Shown here: positions 59,201 to 64,000 of the stretch, one piece after another
Layout: each line of letters starts with the position of its first letter
How positions within the stretch are numbered: the stretch's first letter is position 1
Origin: Eledone cirrhosa
Lineage: Eukaryota
Direction of reading: 5' to 3'
Assembly: GCA_964016885.1 (NCBI GenBank)
Contig: OZ024754.1
Span: 3,720,001-3,784,000 of the forward strand
DNA: 64,000 bases
Position numbers and translations under genes: made by a program
Notes under the pieces: model-generated
Told to the model about the DNA's origin: nothing
The model's input: the letters and a program-made list of their open reading frames with translations, nothing else
The model's database searches: none

Positions 59201-60270
59201 TTCTTATGATCTACAATAAATGCAGCTTGATATGTACATCAACAGCTTGACAGATGTGCCATACGATTTATAACAATACAATACGCGTATAAACAGAAAA
59301 TACTGTAGAAACCTTACATTTCGAAATACTCCGGGACGGTCCACCATATATACACACATTAAGTGAGGTGAGAAACTATATGACGTGTACCAACACGTAC
59401 AGTTGTCCCATCGTGATATTATCCAAAGTACATATTTCCAAGATGACAAACTGATATTGGAGGAAGATTCAGCTGTTATGTTTCTTTAGTCGAACAGCTA
59501 TATGTATGTTCAGCCAATTATCTTCTCAGTGTCGTTTCTCACCTTCTTTAATTCATGCTGAGAAATAATTTAAACAACATCACAAGGATCATTGTCTTAA
59601 TTATTTATAATATCGTCTCACTCCTTTAAACAATCATGTTGAGAAGTGACAGATTATTAGAATAAACAAACATTTCCTTCGAAAATTGGACCGCGGAATA
59701 TTTTTCATATATTACCATTAATTTTATTTTTATTCTCTACCGATTTAAAACTATTTTTTTGTCACTACGTCCCCCACCTAATTTACCAGACCGGTTTCTG
59801 TCACACCTTACATTTGGCAGAAAAATAAAATTAGTCAAATAATTGCAGAATCGGTTTGTGAGATGGCAAATAACACAAGAAGCATTTAATGAAATCAAAA
59901 AAACGTTCTGTGTGAACTAAGACAGCTCCCTAATCAATCCCATGAGGCATCACTTAGATATTTTTGTTTTATTTTCTCCACAGATTTATTTCACTATAGT
60001 TGGCATTTGATATTATTCTCATCACGCATTTACTGAATAACTAACTATGAAGAAGCGAGAAGGACTGCTACTACAACTACAGCAACAACAACGAAAATAA
60101 GAACTACAGCAGTTACTAGAACTACGACAGCAAAAGAAGAACAACGCTACACCACATATAATGTTTGGCTACCTATTATTTACTTTTTATTTATTCATAT
60201 CTCACATATTACATATTCTTAGCAAAATAGGTACACACACTTGCTGGCATGTTTATAGCCCTATATATAA

Positions 60271-60310
<40 letters not shown>

Positions 60311-60640
60311 ATGCATACATGCGCTGACACACGCGAACACATGCAATAAATAAACATACATACATATATATATATATACATATATGTGTGTGTGTGAGTG
60401 TATGTGTGAGTGCTTGGTGTATAAATATATCTGATTAAGGCCTTACTGAGATTTTATGAACATTTTCAAGTTAGTACACAATATTGCAAGGAAAATGTCA
60501 TGTAGATGCTTGAATGAAATATCTCGGCTCTACAGTCAAACTTCAACCATTATACATGAGTTCAGCTGCAATATTTCTATATACCTGAGCAATTAGTGTT
60601 CAATTTAGAACATGGAAAAATATCCTAACTCCTATAGTCA

Positions 60641-60829
60641 GGTGGATTTTGCAGTGTCGGTAGAGGGTCGGACGCCATGCTTTGATGTATAGAGTTACAG
60701 CCCTTGCCATTCTGAGTTCAAATCCCGCCGAGGTTAACTTTGCCTTTCATCCTTACGGGGTCGATAAAATAAAGTACCAGTAATGTACTGGTTAATTACT
60801 GGCCTTGTGCCAAAAGTAGAAACAATTAT
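60641..60829 (+). mobile_element. Deu/Nin-like SINE, full length
   Basis: A box, B box, core and tail as in the other copies. Confidence 0.85.
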
Positions 60830-60831
60830 AT

Positions 60832-60887
<56 letters not shown>

Positions 60888-61070
60888 TTTGAGTATATAT
60901 TGGTTGTTTACCTCAGTATGCAGATTGGAGTACTCGACGAACTGGAAACGTATGGTTACAGATCCTCGGAGGACTAACAACATACACAGGAACTGGACAT
61001 ATCGATGTATTGACAGAGTGGGACACACTTCAAAAACATGTGTACGTGTCTTTTCCACACTAATTCTGAA

Positions 61071-61121
61071 TGCCTGAAGAGGTCACAGCCAATAATAGCT
61101 GTCACCGAAATATATATGGCA
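61071..61121 (+). ncRNA. hammerhead motif, family G, cleavage site mutated to UG
   Basis: tgc-CTGAAGA-ggtcacagc caataata gctgtcacc-GAAA-tatata-TG-gca. Confidence 0.7.
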
Positions 61122-61179
61122 GAGAATTTATAATAAGCGAAGCCAAATTTTACATGTTTGACTTACATAGAAAAATGTA

Positions 61180-61348
61180 TATGCATACATGGACACACTG
61201 GAAGAGGAAGAACAAGGTTAACGTATGTTGATGCCCTAAGGACAGACACTGGTCTGTTGGAGACGCAGGACATGGCCGCGATAATGAGGGACAGAGACCG
61301 CTGGAGAGAACTCGTCCATTGGATCTCTGGAATTTTACCCGCCCTAGA
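61180..61348 (+). mobile_element. RTE LINE 3' end (same family as 20405-20710)
   Basis: HGHTGRGRTRLTYVDALRTDTGLLETQDMAAIMRDRDRWRELV, ending cccgccctag followed by (TA)n. Confidence 0.85.
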
Positions 61349-61377
61349 ATATATATATATATATGTGTATGTGTATG

Positions 61378-61588
61378 TAAAAGGTAAACAGAAATAACAA
61401 TACAGTCAGTACAGTATACGGAAGGGATATATTAGGTTAACGCTTGAAATAGCAGGACGTTTGGGACGCTAGTCCTTCATGAGAAGAAAGAATGAGAAAT
61501 AAGATAGATTTAGGGGAAGGGCGAGTTGGAATAGGAAAAAATGTCTTTAGATAAAAATAACAGGTCCATTTATGTTGACATCTCTTGC
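61378..61588 (-). mobile_element. PLE 3' end, family F, decayed HHR
   Basis: Homolog of 45150-45358; KRCQHKWTCYFYLKTFFP; core mutated to CTCATGA and CAAA. Confidence 0.65.
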
Positions 61589-61802
61589 AATATATATATA
61601 TATAGCTTTGTGTGTGTGTAGATATATTTATATCATGTATGTATATGTATATAGACATACCGACACTATATATCTGTAACTGTACGTGCATATGTTTCGT
61701 AAATAATTATGTAGATATTTACATAACTATGTTGAATGTATACATAGATGTTCAACAATGCGTACGTTCAATACCTATCAGAATGTTTATAAGCAGGCAG
61801 TA

Positions 61803-61849
<47 letters not shown>

Positions 61850-62369
61850 GGTGAATTCCAAGATCTAAATTAATGAACATTTATGTATGAAAACATCGCA
61901 TATAACTGCAATAAGAGAAGACAATACATACATGACGGTCGAAATTATGATATATTACAAACATGTAGATAATTTACGGCGATAACAATATAAAGAATGT
62001 TATATGATTTTATAGTTTGATTCACTTTCCGAGCCTAAACATAACCTACAATATATATATATATATATATGTATATGAACACACACACTCACATACACAT
62101 GCATAATATATACATGCATAATATATACATGCATAATATATACATATATACCTATTTATGCACGTGTGTATCTAGGGATGTATGTATGTATGTACGTATA
62201 TATAAATATATGTATGCTTGATTCTAAATATTAATGTATATAAATTCAATACATATATTTTCAGAACCACGTCAAAAGTTTTCCTGAAAGAGGTTTGAGA
62301 ATCTTGTTTATACAGTTTATATATATATATATATATATATAAATCTGGATGGATTCAGTCTGAAACTCA

Positions 62370-62605
62370 GCAGAGTACTCGATACTTGGGGTAGGGGAAT
62401 ATGTTTATATTATAAAGAATCTGGACCCAACGGCTGAGCTCCAGCCGTTACGACAGCTATATCCGAACTAGGGTTCGTATCTAGCTGTCGAAACTGCCGG
62501 AGATCAGCCGCCAGTTTCCTGAATCTTTTCGAATTACCCACTCTATTAACCAAGAATCAAGTATCCTGGTGGGTTATGGCCCGCCTGTATTTTTACCACA
62601 CCCTA
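62370..62605. mobile_element. PLE-like remnant, family C, head-to-head inverted copies
   Basis: cggctgagctcc...cgacagcta.atccgaac / gttcg.atctagctgtcgaaac..ccggag.tcagccg plus family tail. Confidence 0.65.
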
Positions 62606-62643
62606 TCTGATATAAACATATCTCTCTCTCTCTCTCTCTCTCT

Positions 62644-62687
<44 letters not shown>

Positions 62688-62691
<4 letters not shown>

Positions 62692-62929
62692 ATAATAATA
62701 AATGTGAAGACTAAAATCCGAAGAGGGCTCGATAAGTGTAATATATATATAAAAATATATAAAACCATAGACCAAATATTTATTAAAATAACAGATTAAA
62801 GTTTAAACAAAGAATCTCTGCTTTTACCTTTAACTGGATCTTCTGAAACTAAACTATTTTTTAGTTCCAGAAGATCACGTTAAGGGTGAAAGCAGCGAGT
62901 CTTTGCTTAAACTTTAATCTGTTATTTTA

Positions 62930-62937
<8 letters not shown>
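62688..62937. mobile_element. PLE-like remnant, family E, inverted repeat about 62775-62852 / 62861-62937 with CAGAAGA hammerhead-like folds
   Basis: Plus: agttc-CAGAAGA-tcacgttaagggt-GAAA-gcagcgagtctttgc-TT-aaact (62863-62913); minus copy at 62800-62850. Confidence 0.7.
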
Positions 62938-63016
<79 letters not shown>

Positions 63017-63460
63017 TAAAAGGAAAAGAAAATGCTGACAAATTGTTCGCAGTGAAAAATAGTTTAATCAGGAATAAGTAAAAATTAGTAATAAGTATTG
63101 GTTTGTATTCAGTTTTGGTTTTTAAGTTTTTACCGGTTGCGCATTTCTTATATATATATATATTTATATATATAATTCTTATAGTTCTGTGTGAGTGAAC
63201 TTATGCGTTTCTGCCAAGCCATATCTACGTTTATGCACTAACATATGATATATAAGAGCCTGTAGAAGAATTATGCACGACAGGAGTTTATATTCATCTC
63301 CCTGAATACATGGCGTGTATTCTGAAGAGTAGGTGCCTACTCCAGATCCTCACATTGCAGGTATGAATGCAAGTGTTATTATATCGTTTTAGATATTAAA
63401 ACACGCATTTCAAATGATTAGCAATTACGTATGGATACACACACACACACACACACACAC

Positions 63461-63519
<59 letters not shown>

Positions 63520-63640
63520 CATACATACACACACACATATATATATATATGGATATGTGCGTGTAATATTATCATAGATGCTCATGTAGAGTTAAAATCT
63601 TTTATGTATGCATACATATATATATATATGCATATAATAT

Positions 63641-63735
<95 letters not shown>

Positions 63736-64000
63736 TATACAATAAATGGCTGTTTCTTGTGTAAGTTAATTGAATTTACCGTGTAGATCATGACAATTTA
63801 AATTTAACATCAACAAATCATGAAATTGCAGCGGCATATAAGAGGGTAAAATTAAACATCATGAAGTTTTAATTTTATCCTAGATCTCGTGTCAGCAATT
63901 TCCTGACTGCCATGTTTATGATTGCTAGAGGGCTTTAATTGTTCAGAGCAATAGATGTTGTGATGTTGTATCATTATTTATGGTCACGTATGATAATAAA

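Overview
AT-rich, microsatellite-saturated eukaryotic non-coding DNA, intronic or intergenic. The repeat families look like those of an octopod cephalopod; this is inferred from the tRNA-derived Deu/Nin-domain SINE and a second octopus-type SINE. Almost all ORFs in the supplied track are translated microsatellites, and no host gene can be called with confidence. Recognisable content: about 15 SINE copies, RTE-clade LINE relics (one with a twin-priming 5' inversion), a decayed R4/Dong-like RT relic, and a 127-bp dimeric minisatellite. The main hidden signal is a dense population of short elements sitting in (TA)n tracts that carry minimal type-I hammerhead ribozyme (HHR) motifs. By eye I count 10 with a canonical CUGANGA...GAAA...UH core, about 10 variant or decayed ones, and one family retaining only the 3' half, across at least 8 sequence families. 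They are mostly arranged as head-to-head inverted repeats. This is the signature of Penelope-like element (PLE) pseudo-LTR remnants. Three non-canonical cores stand out: a compensated U3-A8 core (UUGAAAA), an 8-nt core (CUGAANNA) and a recurrent CAGAAGA core. All folds and coordinates were read by eye, and ribozyme activity is untested.
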